Shown here piece after piece: positions 63,006 to 64,000 of a DNA stretch of 64,000 nucleotides. The stretch is from Chloroflexi bacterium HGW-Chloroflexi-6 (GTDB taxonomy: Bacteria; Chloroflexota; Anaerolineae; Anaerolineales; Villigracilaceae): assembly GCA_002840685.1 (NCBI GenBank), contig PHBU01000020.1:471-64470 (forward strand), in the 5' to 3' direction. The translations under genes and the position numbers were made by a program. Each line of letters opens with the position of its first letter. Position 1 is the stretch's first letter. The notes beneath the pieces are model-generated. The model ran no database searches. It was not told the origin of the DNA and worked only from the letters and a program-made list of their open reading frames with translations.

Positions 63006-63998
63006 TTATGCGGGCCAGATCTTGCGTCCCTGGCCGGGGGTCACCAGTTTGTTGATGAAGTCCATTTCGGCGGCGCTGAGGGGCGATAAAAGACCGGCCG
63101 CGATGTTCTTCTCAGCCTGCGAAATATCCTTGATGCCAGGAATGACGGTCGTGACCGCCGGGTGCTGCAAAACGAATTGCAAAGCCAAATGTGCCAGGCT
63201 TTTTTCTTGACCCTGAACCAATCCGCGCAGGCTTTCGACCGTTTCGAGATCTTTCAGGAAAACCTGATATTCGTCGGGGGTGTCGTGCCAGCGGCGGCGG
63301 AAATCTCCATCGGCAAAGCGGGTTTCGGCGCTGAATTTGCCTGCCAAAATGCCCATCGCCAGCGCGCCGCGCACGATCACGCCGATGTTGTTTTCCTGAC
63401 AGTAGGGCAAAATCTCTTTTTCGGCGGTGCGGTTGAGGATGCTGTAGTCAATTTGGAGTGTGGCGCAGCCGCCATCGGCATTGAAGGCTTTGAGATACTC
63501 AAAATTGCTGGTGCTGACCCCGTAGGCTTTTACTTTCCCGGCTTGTTGCAAGCGCTGGAAGCCTTCCAGGAAGATTTCCATGGTGGGGTCGCGGAAGTCA
63601 ATATGGCTTTGGATGAGATCGATGAAATCGGTGTTCAAACGCTTGAGATTGCTTTCAACCCCGGCAATGAATTTTTCGAGGCTGGTATAGGCTGTTTTCT
63701 GACCTTCGCCGTCAAAATCGCGCCAGCCAATTTTGGTTGCTACAATGAATTGTTCGCGCCGGCCTTGCATCGCCCGGCCGAGCAATTCTTCGCTGTGCCC
63801 TGCGCCATAGACATCGGCGGTGTCGTAGAAGTTAACTCCGTGCTCGAGGGCGTAGTCGATTGCATTCAGAACCTGGCTGTCATCAGTGGCGCCCCAGGCG
63901 TCTCCGCCCGCGGCCCACAGGCCAAAACCAATTTCAGAGATTTGCAACTTGCTCTTGCCAAGAACCCGCATGCGTAACGGCATCGTATTGGTAGTCAT
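63006..63998 (-). CDS. Aldo/keto reductase
   Basis: GFGLWA..GDAWG, NFYDTADVYG.GHSEELLG and an overall AKR pattern. Confidence 0.8.
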   Translation of the reverse strand: MTTNTMPLRMRVLGKSKLQISEIGFGLWAAGGDAWGATDDSQVLNAIDYALEHGVNFYDTADVYGAGHSEELLGRAMQGRREQFIVATKIGWRDFDGEGQKTAYTSLEKFIAGVESNLKRLNTDFIDLIQSHIDFRDPTMEIFLEGFQRLQQAGKVKAYGVSTSNFEYLKAFNADGGCATLQIDYSILNRTAEKEILPYCQENNIGVIVRGALAMGILAGKFSAETRFADGDFRRRWHDTPDEYQVFLKDLETVESLRGLVQGQEKSLAHLALQFVLQHPAVTTVIPGIKDISQAEKNIAAGLLSPLSAAEMDFINKLVTPGQGRKIWPA

Positions 63999-64000
63999 AA

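Noticed and set aside
60377-63977. Plus-strand ORFs of 229-307 aa (60377-61177, 61184-62107, 62366-63055, 63162-63977).
   Set aside because: They lie opposite the 909-aa phosphorylase-like gene and the aldo/keto reductase gene, both of which are continuous and carry family motifs. This is typical GC-rich antisense ORF noise.

Overview
The window starts at the end of an rRNA operon: the 23S 3' end (1-130) and a complete 5S gene (214-332). A composite prophage of about 46 kb (about 323-46422) is inserted exactly in the 3' end of the 5S gene. From left to right it carries: a large serine recombinase at the 5S junction; an AT-rich accessory block with a Type III mod-res pair, an additional methyltransferase fused to an AlbA_2/Schlafen-like domain, and several membrane or zinc-ribbon proteins; a cI/cro-type switch; an early/replication module with a XerC/D-like tyrosine recombinase, a Toprim/P-loop primase-helicase and an iteron-rich putative origin; two paralogous TerS-like units, each behind a strong promoter; a complete siphovirus-type head and tail module (TerL, portal, gp7-like protein, scaffold, capsid, connectors, major tail protein, frameshifted chaperone, tape measure, fibre); and an AT-rich right-end cargo gene for a ClpP/SDH-like protease. 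The most unusual feature lies directly after the prophage at 46.4-52.5 kb. Five single-gene cassettes, all on the minus strand and with no recombinase, are separated by near-identical repeats of about 400 bp. Each repeat contains the same core found at prophage attL and attR (GCCAACAGGCTTT), a phage-type half-site (GGGAGATTGTGT), a mimic of the 5S 3' end and an intrinsic terminator. A sixth, degenerate copy abuts unique chromosome. I read this as serial site-specific stacking of non-autonomous cassettes at the 5S 3' end; this is inference. The remainder (52.6-64 kb) looks like ordinary chromosome: an alpha/beta hydrolase, a flavodoxin / FMN-reductase / 4Fe-4S / PadR cluster, a secreted protein, DinB, a cupin protein, a GH94-like phosphorylase and an aldo/keto reductase. 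All functional calls rest on motifs read by eye. No database search was possible.
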